Notes under the pieces: generated by a model
What the model saw: only the letters and a program-made list of their open reading frames with translations
Told to the model about the DNA's origin: nothing
The model's database searches: none
NCBI GenBank assembly: GCA_030668825.1
Contig: DAOVET010000002.1
Span: 15,666 to 79,665, forward strand
Reading direction: 5' to 3'
Origin: Candidatus Heimdallarchaeota archaeon
GTDB lineage: Archaea; Asgardarchaeota; Heimdallarchaeia; Heimdallarchaeales; Heimdallarchaeaceae
Length of the DNA: 64,000 nt
Program-made: the position numbers and the translations under genes
Part shown: one piece after another, positions 20,505 to 30,005 of the stretch
How positions within the stretch are numbered: the first letter of the stretch is position 1
Layout of the letters: each line of letters opens with the position of its first letter

Positions 20505-20942
20505 TCAAGCAGTTTTTCTACTATTTACATATGATTTTAGTTCTTCTGAAATTCTTGAAGCTTTTTTAAACTCTGGTGCTAAGTAATTCAACAAATCTCG
20601 GGGAATTTCTTTTCTACTAAATATGTTCAGCAGGATTTCATCCAAAACGTCTGTTTGAAGATCTGGATTTTTTAACATTTCCTTGACAGTTGTTATTTTC
20701 ATACTTGAGGGCAAGTTATCTTCTAACATTGTAATAGACGACCATGCCTTGAGTGTAGAATAGACTGACATATCTGGGGTAACAACATCCAATGCCATTC
20801 TAAAACGCCATTTCTTGACTTCTATAGGTGAATTATCAGTAGCTATAGCCCTACCAAGTTTCATAGCATTATCTTGACTTGGTTTTTGACTATACTTCTC
20901 AATTAAATCTCTTATCTTACCCGTTGTGACCTCTTTGCTCAA
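20505..20942 (-). CDS. hypothetical protein
   Basis: 145-aa ORF with a GGGGA RBS-like motif upstream. Confidence 0.65.
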   Translation of the reverse strand: MSKEVTTGKIRDLIEKYSQKPSQDNAMKLGRAIATDNSPIEVKKWRFRMALDVVTPDMSVYSTLKAWSSITMLEDNLPSSMKITTVKEMLKNPDLQTDVLDEILLNIFSRKEIPRDLLNYLAPEFKKASRISEELKSYVNSRKTA

Positions 20943-21253
20943 TTATATCCCCATCTTTTACTTATTAGAATCTAGTACTGGGGAATATATATATCTTGCT
21001 CTTTAAAGTTCCGTAACTGTTAGTTTCGAGAAAAACAGAAGTTGCCACCTTCTCATAATACACCTTATGTTAGAGATGACTTTGTGAAAAAGGTAGTCTA
21101 AGTATAGCTAGGATAACCTTGTGGCAAGGTTTTATGCGTTTTATGAGAAAATTATCATTCTAGATAGTTTGCCAGCGCTTGAAAGAACCAAAATTGTGAT
21201 TTTTGGAGAAAGATGAAAAAGTGTAAGACTTAATGTGTCCTACCTTACTCTTC

Positions 21254-22456
21254 TCACGATTTAAATAGGTTATAGAAGGCCAACATGGAATAGATAGCTG
21301 TTCCTTTCCACAAAATATCTTCATCGACATCGAATTTAGGATGGTGGTGAGGATGAATTATTCCTTTCTCTTCATTATACAAACCAAGAGCGATGAAGGC
21401 ACCTTTAGTTTCATTAAGATAGAAAGCAAAATCTTCTCCGCCCATAGTTAGCTCAACTTCCTGAACTTCATCAAGTTGTCTTAGAATCTCAATAACATCA
21501 TCAACACTTTCGTCATTATTGATTGTTGGTGGATAATAAATTCCACCTATTTCAAATTCTACAGTTCCTTCACATCTCCAAGCCTGACTATAACCTTCAA
21601 CTATTTCTCGTATTCTTTTCAATATGTGTTCTCTTACATCATTACTAAAAGTTCGGAAGGTTCCTTCTAATTTTGCGGAAGAGGGAATAATATTGTGAGC
21701 ATCGCTACCTTCTAACATTGGTATTGAAATAACGGCTTTTTCCAGAGGATCAATCTCTCGACTAACTATCTTTTGTATTGCATTATAGATATCAACAAGT
21801 ACTGCCGTTGGATCAAAGGTTTGATGAGGAGATGCTGCATGACCGCCTTTTCCCTTTATCTCAATTATGAATTGATCAGAAGAGGCGAGGAATGGTCCTT
21901 TTCTGGTAGCTATGATGCCACTTTGTTCTTCTCTCCATACATGAATACCAAATATCTGATCTATATCTGCAATATGTCCTTCATCAACTATTTTTTTTGC
22001 TCCTCCACCTCCTTCCTCTGCGGGCTGGAAAATCAATTTAATTTTACCAGTTAGTTTGTCTCTATGTTTGTAGATAATATGAGCTGCTCCAAGTAACATG
22101 GCAGTGTGGGCATCGTGACCACATGCATGCATCTTTCCAGGAATTTTGCTACAATAAGGTTTATCGTTATCCTCTGTTACATTAAGTGCATCAATATCAG
22201 CTCTTAATGCAATAACCCTTCCCTCTTTTCCTGAATCAAATGTAGCTATTATACCCGTTTTGGCCGTTTTTTGAATATCGTACCCTATCTTCACCAGTTC
22301 CTGCTCAATAAGAGCAGAAGTTTTTTCTTCTTCATATCCTATTTCTGGATACATGTGAAAATGTCTTCGTTTTTCAATTACATAAGCTTCCTTTTCTTTA
22401 GCTTCATCAATAAGAAGCTGTTTAAATTCATGAATATCCATAGGATTTCTCTTCAT
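21254..22456 (-). CDS. M20 family amidohydrolase/carboxypeptidase
   Basis: RRHFHMYPE, LRADIDAL, MHACGHDAH, FQPAEEG, GKGGHAA, GGEDF, HHPKF. Confidence 0.95.
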   Translation of the reverse strand: MKRNPMDIHEFKQLLIDEAKEKEAYVIEKRRHFHMYPEIGYEEEKTSALIEQELVKIGYDIQKTAKTGIIATFDSGKEGRVIALRADIDALNVTEDNDKPYCSKIPGKMHACGHDAHTAMLLGAAHIIYKHRDKLTGKIKLIFQPAEEGGGGAKKIVDEGHIADIDQIFGIHVWREEQSGIIATRKGPFLASSDQFIIEIKGKGGHAASPHQTFDPTAVLVDIYNAIQKIVSREIDPLEKAVISIPMLEGSDAHNIIPSSAKLEGTFRTFSNDVREHILKRIREIVEGYSQAWRCEGTVEFEIGGIYYPPTINNDESVDDVIEILRQLDEVQEVELTMGGEDFAFYLNETKGAFIALGLYNEEKGIIHPHHHPKFDVDEDILWKGTAIYSMLAFYNLFKS

Positions 22457-22646
22457 CCTTGTTATTTTTATCTTTCTGTTTATCTATGGTTCTTTTCTGT
22501 TTCCAAAAAAGTGTAAATGTATTTTCGAATATGTGTTGGATAGTGTGGATAAAGATTTAAGAAAAACGTTTTCAGTGCCCAAATATTGTAAAACCACCGA
22601 AATGAGCAAAAACTTTGAGGTTCATCTTCAAGGAGGAAAAAAAAGA

Positions 22647-23948
22647 ATGAACGATAATGAATATGACGTTATTGTAGTTGGAGCTGGCTGTGCTGGACCA
22701 GCAGCAGCAAAGAAAGCTGCAGAACTTGGTTTGAAGGTTCTAATACTTGAGAAATCGCAAGTTCCAGGCGATAAAAATGTTTCAGGAACTTGTCTAAACG
22801 GTGCTGCTCTTCTTGAACCAGATCTAAACTACATCGTGGAATGTCCCGTAGAAAGAACGATTAAAGAAATGAGAACTTATCACATCAATAGTGATAGAAC
22901 AACAGTTTTTCATGAAATACCATCAAAAGGAATTCTTCTTCTTTCAGTAAGAAGAGATCATCTTGATCCTTGGCATACAAAAGAAGCCAGAAAAGCTGGA
23001 GCTGAAGTTAAATTATCCACAACTGTTATCGATATTATTGAAGAAGATGATTACATTAAAGGAGTTGTAACAGACTCTGGAGAAAAATTCTATGGTAAAG
23101 TAATCATTGATGCAGCTGGTGTCAATTCAATTGTTGGTCGTAAAGCAGGTTTAATTCCTAAACGAAAAGGTCAGAACATGATTCTCTATGTTACTGTTGC
23201 TGTTAAATTGGGAGAAGAAGTGATTAATGAGAGATTTGGTGATTGCATCGAATACTATCTATCTCCAGGAATTCAATATAAAACATGGCCATGGATCTTT
23301 CCAAAGAAAGATACAGTTACACTTGGCACTGGAGGATATATGGATGAAAATCTGATTAATGATGAATTTCCAAATGTAAATCAATATATGGAGAATTTCT
23401 TGAATCTTCCAGTAGTCAAGAAGAAACTTGAAGGAGGAGAAATTGCTTCATGGGGATTGCACTTAGAGTACGATGAAGCAATTGAAAGAAGAGTAAGAAA
23501 TGGATTGATTTTGACTGGAGAGGCAGGAGGTTTTGTAATTCCATTCCTAGGAGAAGGAATGCCTGAAGCATTCTTTACAGGGATTTATGCAGCTAAAGCA
23601 GCAGCTGAAGCAATAGAAGCTGGAGACTATTCAGAAACAAAACTCTCTGAACGATATGAAGAACTGATAGGCGAGAATTTCTTTATGCAAGCATTTAGAC
23701 ATATTGCAGCTGTTAACAAAGAATCCATTCTCAGTAAAACAGATGAAGAAGTTACCCAGATGATGCAGCAAGTGATTATGGGAGGAGGATTCATCTCTAA
23801 TGCAATACACTCTAAATGGTTAAAAGGTGTTGAAGAGGAGAATTTTGAATTAATCCAAGAAGCATATGATTTCCTAGAATTAATCCAACCCTATGCTGTA
23901 GTTGATCCGGATTTTGAGAGATTATACAATGAGAGGAAGAGCAAATGA
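22647..23948 (+). CDS. FAD-dependent oxidoreductase, FixC/geranylgeranyl-reductase family
   Basis: YDVIVVGAGCAG, EK…GDKNVSG, WIFPK, GEAGGFV…GEGM; AGGAGG RBS before the ATG at 22647. Confidence 0.88.
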   Translation: MNDNEYDVIVVGAGCAGPAAAKKAAELGLKVLILEKSQVPGDKNVSGTCLNGAALLEPDLNYIVECPVERTIKEMRTYHINSDRTTVFHEIPSKGILLLSVRRDHLDPWHTKEARKAGAEVKLSTTVIDIIEEDDYIKGVVTDSGEKFYGKVIIDAAGVNSIVGRKAGLIPKRKGQNMILYVTVAVKLGEEVINERFGDCIEYYLSPGIQYKTWPWIFPKKDTVTLGTGGYMDENLINDEFPNVNQYMENFLNLPVVKKKLEGGEIASWGLHLEYDEAIERRVRNGLILTGEAGGFVIPFLGEGMPEAFFTGIYAAKAAAEAIEAGDYSETKLSERYEELIGENFFMQAFRHIAAVNKESILSKTDEEVTQMMQQVIMGGGFISNAIHSKWLKGVEEENFELIQEAYDFLELIQPYAVVDPDFERLYNERKSK

Positions 23949-24205
23949 AAGTTGAGATGAAAGTAGAATATTATCCAGGAGAAACTGGAGAGTTCATTAA
24001 GGTAATTGAAGACAATTGTGTAGGCTGTGGAGAATGTGCAAAATTCTGTACAAGAGATGTTTGGCAACCAGATGGTGCAATCTATCGACCAGTAAATCTC
24101 AAACAATGTGTAGAGTGTGGTGCTTGTTGGAATGTCTGCGAATATGAAGCTGTTGACTTCAGCGAACCTAAAGGTGGAACTGGAGTTCGATTTAGTTATG
24201 GGTGA
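23945..24205 (+). CDS. 2x[4Fe-4S] ferredoxin (FixX-like)
   Basis: CVGCGECAKFC and CVECGACWNVC; C-terminal P.GG.GV.F.YG as in FixX. Confidence 0.9.
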   Translation: MKVEMKVEYYPGETGEFIKVIEDNCVGCGECAKFCTRDVWQPDGAIYRPVNLKQCVECGACWNVCEYEAVDFSEPKGGTGVRFSYG

Positions 24206-24552
24206 GAATTATGGCTGAAATGGACGAAGTAATGGAGATTCTTGAAGCACAAAAAGCTAAATATACTAATCAAAAAGTAGCTAAATTTTTCAAAACATGG
24301 TCTAAGAAACTCCAATATCACTTTACAGATATCGATGAGTATTATATAATTGAGTTGGTGAAAGGAGAACCTAAACCTATAGTGAAAGAGAAACTAGAAA
24401 ATCCGGATATTATGTATTCAATGAGCACTGATACTTTTGTTGAAATGAATACTGGGCAACTTTCTGGATTTAAAGCTTATCAGCGAAAGTTACTAAAAAT
24501 TAAAGCTACAATGCCTGAAATTATGAAACTTCAAAAATTAGATAAGCTTTAG
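24202..24552 (+). CDS. SCP2 sterol/lipid-binding domain protein
   Basis: PDIMYSMSTDTFVEMNTGQLSGFKAYQRKLLKI pattern. Confidence 0.8.
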   Translation: MRIMAEMDEVMEILEAQKAKYTNQKVAKFFKTWSKKLQYHFTDIDEYYIIELVKGEPKPIVKEKLENPDIMYSMSTDTFVEMNTGQLSGFKAYQRKLLKIKATMPEIMKLQKLDKL

Positions 24553-24648
24553 TTATTCTTTTTTTCTTTATTCCTTCTATTGCATTTGGTTAGTTTTTGG
24601 CTTATAATAAGTCTTAATAATTCCAGAAGGAAAATCAAGTTGAAAAGA

Positions 24649-26814
24649 ATGGTAGAATTACGAGGTATTGTCTCAGGTTTAGATTGTGCTAATTGCGTTG
24701 CTAAAGTTACTAGGCATTTGCAAAACGCAGTTGGTGTAAATAATGTACAATTAAACCTCGTGTCTACTAAGCTTATCGTAGAATATGATAAGGAACAGAT
24801 TAGTGAAAAAGAACTTATAAAGAATATCAAACAATCAGGATATAAGTTTGATAGCACTTACGAGCATAAATCATTCTTTAATATTAGACACAACAAAAAC
24901 CTTCTTCTCGCTATTTTTGGACTAGTTTTCCTTATTATTGCTTTAAGCACAAGTCAATTTCTACCTCTTAATTATAACTTGTTTTTTTATGTTCCTACTA
25001 TAGTAATTGGTGGAATTCCTGTTTATCTGAAAGCTTTTGGCTCAATTAGAACCAAAACAATTGACATAGACATTCTGATGGTTCTTGCTATAATTGGGGC
25101 AATGATAATAGGTGAGTGGGAAGAAGCAGCAGAAATTGTTGTTCTCTTTTCAATAGCGGAATTGTTAGAAGCATTTTCAATGGACAAAGCTAGACAATCA
25201 ATAAGAGAGTTAATGGATTTAACACCACCAACAGCAACTAGATTAATTAAAGGAAAAAAACACGAAGAAGTTCCTCTAGGTGATTTAGTTGTTGGTGATA
25301 GAGTAAGTGTTAAACCAGGAGCAAGAATTCCAATAGATGGAAAAATAGACTGGGGAAGAACAAATGTTGACCAGAGTCCAATAACTGGAGAATCTATCCC
25401 AGTCAATAAAGATGTTGGAGACAAAGTATTTTCAGGGTCTGTCAACATTGATGGTTATATTATTATTCGAGTAACACGGATGCCTGAAGAAAGTACAGTG
25501 GCTAGAATCAGGCAGCTGATAGAAGAAGCAGAGCAACAGAAATCAAAAAGAGAACAATTTATCCAAAGGTTTGCAAAATATTATACACCAATTATGGTGG
25601 GAATTGCATTATCAGTGTTTCTAATTTCTGGGATTTTTTTGAATATCCCAATTGATCCTTCAGTTCTTAAAGAAGGGCTCTATCAGAGTTTAGTAATTCT
25701 GGTAATCTCATGTCCTTGTGCTTTAGTGCTATCGACACCAATAACTGTAGTGACCGCAATAACTAGAGCTTCAAAAAGAGGTGTTTTAATAAAGGGAGGT
25801 AAATATCTTGAAGCTATATCTGACTTAGACACCCTAGCATTGGATAAAACTGGGACCTTATCAACTGGAAAACTAAAAGCTTACAAAGTTGAAGCTTTAG
25901 AAGGTTATTCTGAGAAGGAAATTATCGAAATAGCATATGGTTTAGAATATCATTCAGAACATAAAATTGCAGAAGCAATAATCAATCTGGGAAGAGAAAA
26001 CAATTCAAGATTGTTTGGATACAAAGATGTTGAAATAATGCCTGGGATGGGAATCAAAGGAACAAGAAAGAAAGTAACTTACTATCTAGGAAATGAATCG
26101 CTTGTTGATAGAATCATAGGTTTAGAATCTTGTGATTTACACTGTGAAGAAACTGAGAGTATTGTTAGTTATGTTTTAGACGATAAAACAATCTTAGCTC
26201 ATATTCACATGTCTGATGAGTTGCGAAGTGAAACCAAAGAAGCTGTCAATTCACTAAAGAAACTTGGAGTAAAAGATATTGTAATGCTCACTGGTGATAA
26301 TGAAGAAGTAGCATCAAAAATTGCTGAAGAATTAGATATTAATTATGAAGCAGAACTGTTGCCAGAACATAAAATGCAGTTTATCAAAAATCTCAAAGAA
26401 AAAAATCAAACAGTGGTTATGGTTGGTGATGGAATAAATGATTCACCCGCTTTAGCTCTTTCAGATGTTGGTATTGCAATGGGGGCAGCAGGAACAGCAA
26501 TTGCCATAGAAACAGCTGATGTTGTGCTTTCCTCAGATAATTTGTTCAGTCTACCTTATCTATTCAAACTAAGTAAAGAAACTAAAAGAACTATTCAAAT
26601 TAATATCTACTTATCCTTGTTTATCAAATTCTCATTTTTTGTACTTGTTTTAATTAATGCAACACCAATTGCCCTTGGGACATTTCTAGGAGCGAATTTA
26701 CTTTGGCTAGCTGTGCTAATTGGAGATATGGGAGCTTCATTATTGGTTATATTAAATGCAATGAGAGTTGGTAGAAAGAAGTTTTATTCTGGAAAGATGT
26801 TGCCAAAGAAATAA
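24649..26814 (+). CDS. heavy-metal P1B-type ATPase (ZntA/CadA-like)
   Basis: HMA motif GLDCANC, TGES, CPC, DKTGT, MLTGD, GDGINDSPAL. Confidence 0.95.
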   Translation: MVELRGIVSGLDCANCVAKVTRHLQNAVGVNNVQLNLVSTKLIVEYDKEQISEKELIKNIKQSGYKFDSTYEHKSFFNIRHNKNLLLAIFGLVFLIIALSTSQFLPLNYNLFFYVPTIVIGGIPVYLKAFGSIRTKTIDIDILMVLAIIGAMIIGEWEEAAEIVVLFSIAELLEAFSMDKARQSIRELMDLTPPTATRLIKGKKHEEVPLGDLVVGDRVSVKPGARIPIDGKIDWGRTNVDQSPITGESIPVNKDVGDKVFSGSVNIDGYIIIRVTRMPEESTVARIRQLIEEAEQQKSKREQFIQRFAKYYTPIMVGIALSVFLISGIFLNIPIDPSVLKEGLYQSLVILVISCPCALVLSTPITVVTAITRASKRGVLIKGGKYLEAISDLDTLALDKTGTLSTGKLKAYKVEALEGYSEKEIIEIAYGLEYHSEHKIAEAIINLGRENNSRLFGYKDVEIMPGMGIKGTRKKVTYYLGNESLVDRIIGLESCDLHCEETESIVSYVLDDKTILAHIHMSDELRSETKEAVNSLKKLGVKDIVMLTGDNEEVASKIAEELDINYEAELLPEHKMQFIKNLKEKNQTVVMVGDGINDSPALALSDVGIAMGAAGTAIAIETADVVLSSDNLFSLPYLFKLSKETKRTIQINIYLSLFIKFSFFVLVLINATPIALGTFLGANLLWLAVLIGDMGASLLVILNAMRVGRKKFYSGKMLPKK

Positions 26815-26854
26815 TTTAATAAAGATTTTTACTAAAGAAATATTGGTAGAGTTA

Positions 26855-28708
26855 ATGAGTAAACCTGTGAAACCGTTCAACAAAGCTATTGTTTACATAT
26901 TAATTGGTATTTTAGTCATTACTTCAATATTCGCTGTAATGATGTTTGGACCACGTCCTGGTCCACAAAGCAAGATGTTTAATTCTACACTTAGGTATTA
27001 TACAAAAGGGACAGAAAAATTATTTTACACAGATTATGCTCAATCTATCGTTCAAGATATCAAAGAAGTAGGCATTTTTGTTACCGATTATCAGATGGAG
27101 TATTCAACATTTTTAGATCAGGTTATCGGAGCGAAAGAATATGAAATGGCAATAATTGAGATTGAGGGTCAAAATGCCCCTCATTTTGAATTTTTATTTA
27201 AGGAGGGTGCAAGTTTAAACGTTTTCAATTTTCAAAATGCAATGGATAATGGTACTACGCTTAATATAATCAACAATATAACTCAAGAAATGGATTTCTA
27301 TGCAAGAAAAAATCTTTTCTTTACATTACAAGAACATCTGATGGATAATGTAGTTCCAATGGTACCCATTTTTACTCCAGCAAGAACATTTGCTTATTGG
27401 GATAACTTAGAAGGGTTTACAAGTAAGTGGGGAATATCTGATAGCCTACCATACATGTCCTTTAATGGATTACATAGCAATCAAGAATCAGTTACTGAGC
27501 TAAAAATAGGTATTGGAGGATGGTTTGATTTATGTCCTCTAACAATGAGGGAAGCTGGGGAGAAATTACTTATATCTCTTATCATGGATAAATTAGTTCA
27601 TCTGGATGAAAAAGGAGCTCCTACAAAATATGGGTTGATAGATAGTTGGGAATATCTTAATCAAACAACTTTATTGCTTCATGTAAGAGACAATGTTCAG
27701 TGGCAACCTGATGTGGATGGGATTTTTACTAGTGAAGAGTTTTCAGTTTATGATGTTATTTTTACTTTAGATATAATTAGCAGTATACATGCAAACGTAA
27801 ACTATCAACTCTATAAGTGGATAGATTCTTATGAAGTATATAATGGTACAACAGTCGCAGTTCACATTGATTCAGTTCCAGAAACAGTAGAAAGGGAATC
27901 TTATGCTTTTGCCCTCGAAGATTTGTCAGTTTATAGTTACCCTGAATACTATTTGGATGTTGAGAGCACAATTGAAGAAATAGTTGAATCAGCGAGATGG
28001 ATTAAGTATAGAGAAAATCCGTTTGGAACAGGAAAATACAAATTCAACGCAACGGAGAGTCATATAGATCTTACTGCTTTCTTAGAAAGATTTGACGGTT
28101 GGCATGGAATAGGGGTAGATCCTGGTAAGACTACAAACCTAGTTTTTGAAACCATTGAAGCTCAAACTGTTCCTGATAGTTACTCAATGAACTTAGAATT
28201 ACAAGAGGGGAGCAAGATAGACATAGCTGATTTTGGGAAGGATCCCGCAATGGAAATAGCAATACCTGATGATAACTTCAGGGTTGATTATAAAGTAGAA
28301 AACTCATTAATTTTCATAGCATTCAATTTAGAGAATGATGTCTTTGGAGGAACTAATAACTATGTACCAACCAATGAGACAGGGGTGTCAAAAGCCTTAG
28401 CAATACGTAAAGCTCTATCATCACTAGTCCATAAAACATTTCTGAATAATGCTTTTCATGAAGGAAAGTATAATATAACTGATTCACCAGTTTCTTGTTA
28501 TTATACAGATTATTATTATCAAAGTGTAACGAAGTATCCATACAGTATCTCTGAAGCCATTGAGTTCCTAAATTTGGCTGGATTCAACATATCAACAGAA
28601 ACAAATGGATCAGTAGAAGAATCAAGTTATGGAGTAATCAGTTCTGTTGTGGCTCTTGGAATCTTTACAGCAATTACGATTACATTAAGAAAAAGAAAAC
28701 AAAGGTGA
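26855..28708 (+). CDS. family-5 (peptide/nickel) ABC substrate-binding protein, circularly permuted, with TM helices at both ends
   Basis: LHVRDNVQW…DVIFT, PFGTGKYKF, IRKAL and YPYS…A..FL..AGF motifs; the normally C-terminal motifs come first. Confidence 0.8.
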   Translation: MSKPVKPFNKAIVYILIGILVITSIFAVMMFGPRPGPQSKMFNSTLRYYTKGTEKLFYTDYAQSIVQDIKEVGIFVTDYQMEYSTFLDQVIGAKEYEMAIIEIEGQNAPHFEFLFKEGASLNVFNFQNAMDNGTTLNIINNITQEMDFYARKNLFFTLQEHLMDNVVPMVPIFTPARTFAYWDNLEGFTSKWGISDSLPYMSFNGLHSNQESVTELKIGIGGWFDLCPLTMREAGEKLLISLIMDKLVHLDEKGAPTKYGLIDSWEYLNQTTLLLHVRDNVQWQPDVDGIFTSEEFSVYDVIFTLDIISSIHANVNYQLYKWIDSYEVYNGTTVAVHIDSVPETVERESYAFALEDLSVYSYPEYYLDVESTIEEIVESARWIKYRENPFGTGKYKFNATESHIDLTAFLERFDGWHGIGVDPGKTTNLVFETIEAQTVPDSYSMNLELQEGSKIDIADFGKDPAMEIAIPDDNFRVDYKVENSLIFIAFNLENDVFGGTNNYVPTNETGVSKALAIRKALSSLVHKTFLNNAFHEGKYNITDSPVSCYYTDYYYQSVTKYPYSISEAIEFLNLAGFNISTETNGSVEESSYGVISSVVALGIFTAITITLRKRKQR

Positions 28709-28713
28709 AATAA

Positions 28714-29433
28714 GTGAATAGAATAAATGAAATAAAAAATCTGGATCTCGAAGGAAAACCTTTGATACAATCATTTAGTGGGAGTGGAGCAATAGGAACA
28801 ATACTCTCTACATTTCTAGTGAAAGCATTGAAAATGGAACAAGTAGCAGTAATTCATGCAGATGAGCTACCACCAGTAGCAATAATCAAAGGGGGATTGA
28901 TAGAACAGCCGATAAGAATATTCCAAAATGACAAAATAGCTTTAATGTCTTGTGAAGTGAACATTCCTTACAATACTGTTTCAGATTTTATAGAAATGTT
29001 AATTGATTTTTATATTAAAAGTGGAGTCTCGCACATCGTACCAGTGGGGGGATTACCTGTCTTACAAAACCAATTTGAAGAAATTGAATGTTATGGAATA
29101 GCAAACAAACAAGAAACACTCACATTTCTAGAGGAAAAGGGAGTACAACTTCTAGAAGAAGGAATAGTATATGGAACAGTAGTTGAAACTTTAGAACTAT
29201 GTACTACAAAAGGGTTTGATTCGAGTTTTGCACTGTTGGTTGAATGTGACCCAAGTGTAGCTAGTTACGATTCAACAAAGAAACTAGTTCAAAATCTAGC
29301 TAAAATATTTGATTTTAAATTTGATGAAGAAGAATTTGAAAGTGTTTCAAATATTATCAGAACAAGGATAGAAGAAAGCACAAGATTCTTAAGAGAAGAA
29401 GCAATGGACAAAACAAGAGAAAGTCACCTCTAA
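28714..29433 (+). CDS. PAC2 family proteasome assembly chaperone
   Basis: F.G.GAIGTI, LPPVAII..G….PIRIF, VGGLP. Confidence 0.85.
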   Translation: MNRINEIKNLDLEGKPLIQSFSGSGAIGTILSTFLVKALKMEQVAVIHADELPPVAIIKGGLIEQPIRIFQNDKIALMSCEVNIPYNTVSDFIEMLIDFYIKSGVSHIVPVGGLPVLQNQFEEIECYGIANKQETLTFLEEKGVQLLEEGIVYGTVVETLELCTTKGFDSSFALLVECDPSVASYDSTKKLVQNLAKIFDFKFDEEEFESVSNIIRTRIEESTRFLREEAMDKTRESHL

Positions 29434-29538
29434 GACAAAGACTTCCATTAGGTGAGTTAAGCTGTTTTTTCTCTAAAACCTTGAATCTGAAAAGAATGGG
29501 GTTTTTTGTCGCGTTTTAACCTCTCAACAAAGATTACA

Positions 29539-29552
29539 AAAAAGTTTAAATA
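29539..29552 (+). promoter_or_regulatory. BRE-TATA promoter of the putative ncRNA
   Basis: AAAAAG-TTTAAATA (TATA at 29545-29552), about 22 nt before the 5' arm of the terminal helix at 29574. Confidence 0.55.
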
Positions 29553-29573
29553 TGTTCAAGGACAATTTTACTT

Positions 29574-29925
29574 GGTTAATGGCAGGCTATTTAGGAGCCA
29601 AATGGTTAGGTCAAAAAGGGACTGCAAACTGAACAGGAAGAGATATCCGATGCTCAGGGACAAGGTTGAACCCCTTTTTAGATGGTTTGAACCCCCATTT
29701 GGGCTTAGTTAAGACCTCCTAAGCCTGAAATCCCCCAGAACCAGACTTCGGTCTGGAATCAGACACTTATTTTGTCTGAAAAAAAAGGACCAGACATCTT
29801 CTGTCTGCCAGAAAGGTATGGTCTTGCTTGACCAGATCCTGGAACCCCCCTCAACCAAAACCCCGAAGCATCGAGTTAGAATAGCCTTCCTGTTCAGGCA
29901 GAAAACCCTTTAGGGTTTCTTAACC
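29574..29925 (+). ncRNA. unidentified ~350-nt structured RNA
   Basis: GC-enriched intergenic island. Ends pair (GGTTAA/TTAACC); nested long-range helices including a perfect 12-bp pair; at least five local hairpins including a cUUCGg tetraloop; upstream TATA and downstream T-rich tract. Confidence 0.65.
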
Positions 29926-29945
29926 TCTTTTCCTTTTAATTTCTG
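29926..29945 (+). terminator. pyrimidine/T-rich tract after the putative ncRNA
   Basis: TCTTTTCCTTTTAATTTCTG directly after the closing helix, typical of archaeal oligo-U termination. Confidence 0.4.
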
Positions 29946-30005
29946 TTCATTGATTTTTTGTGTTTTTTTTGTGTTTTTAAGCTATATTGCAATAATAATA
30001 TCATT

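Noticed and set aside
29506-29712. 68-aa ORF overlapping the structured intergenic region
   Set aside because: TTG start without RBS, no recognisable motif, and it spans the TATA box; the base-pairing pattern explains the region better.
29741-29807. CAGAC…GTCTG repeats as a mini-CRISPR array
   Set aside because: Units are only 16-21 nt with 2-11-nt gaps; there are no spacer-length unique sequences and no cas genes.
29824-29843. Minus-strand CCAGG…AGCAA resembling SRP RNA helix 8
   Set aside because: The intervening 9 nt do not form the stem + GRRA tetraloop and no minus-strand TATA is evident; not called SRP without a covariance-model search.
29660-29910. G/C strings as ORB elements of a replication origin
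   Set aside because: No full TTCCAGTGGAAAC-type ORB, no AT-rich unwinding element within the region and no adjacent orc1/cdc6.
29851-29918. Telomere-like words (CAAAACCCC, AAACCCT/TTTAGGG) suggesting a telomerase-type template
   Set aside because: Short matches that lie within paired stems; no reverse transcriptase in the window.
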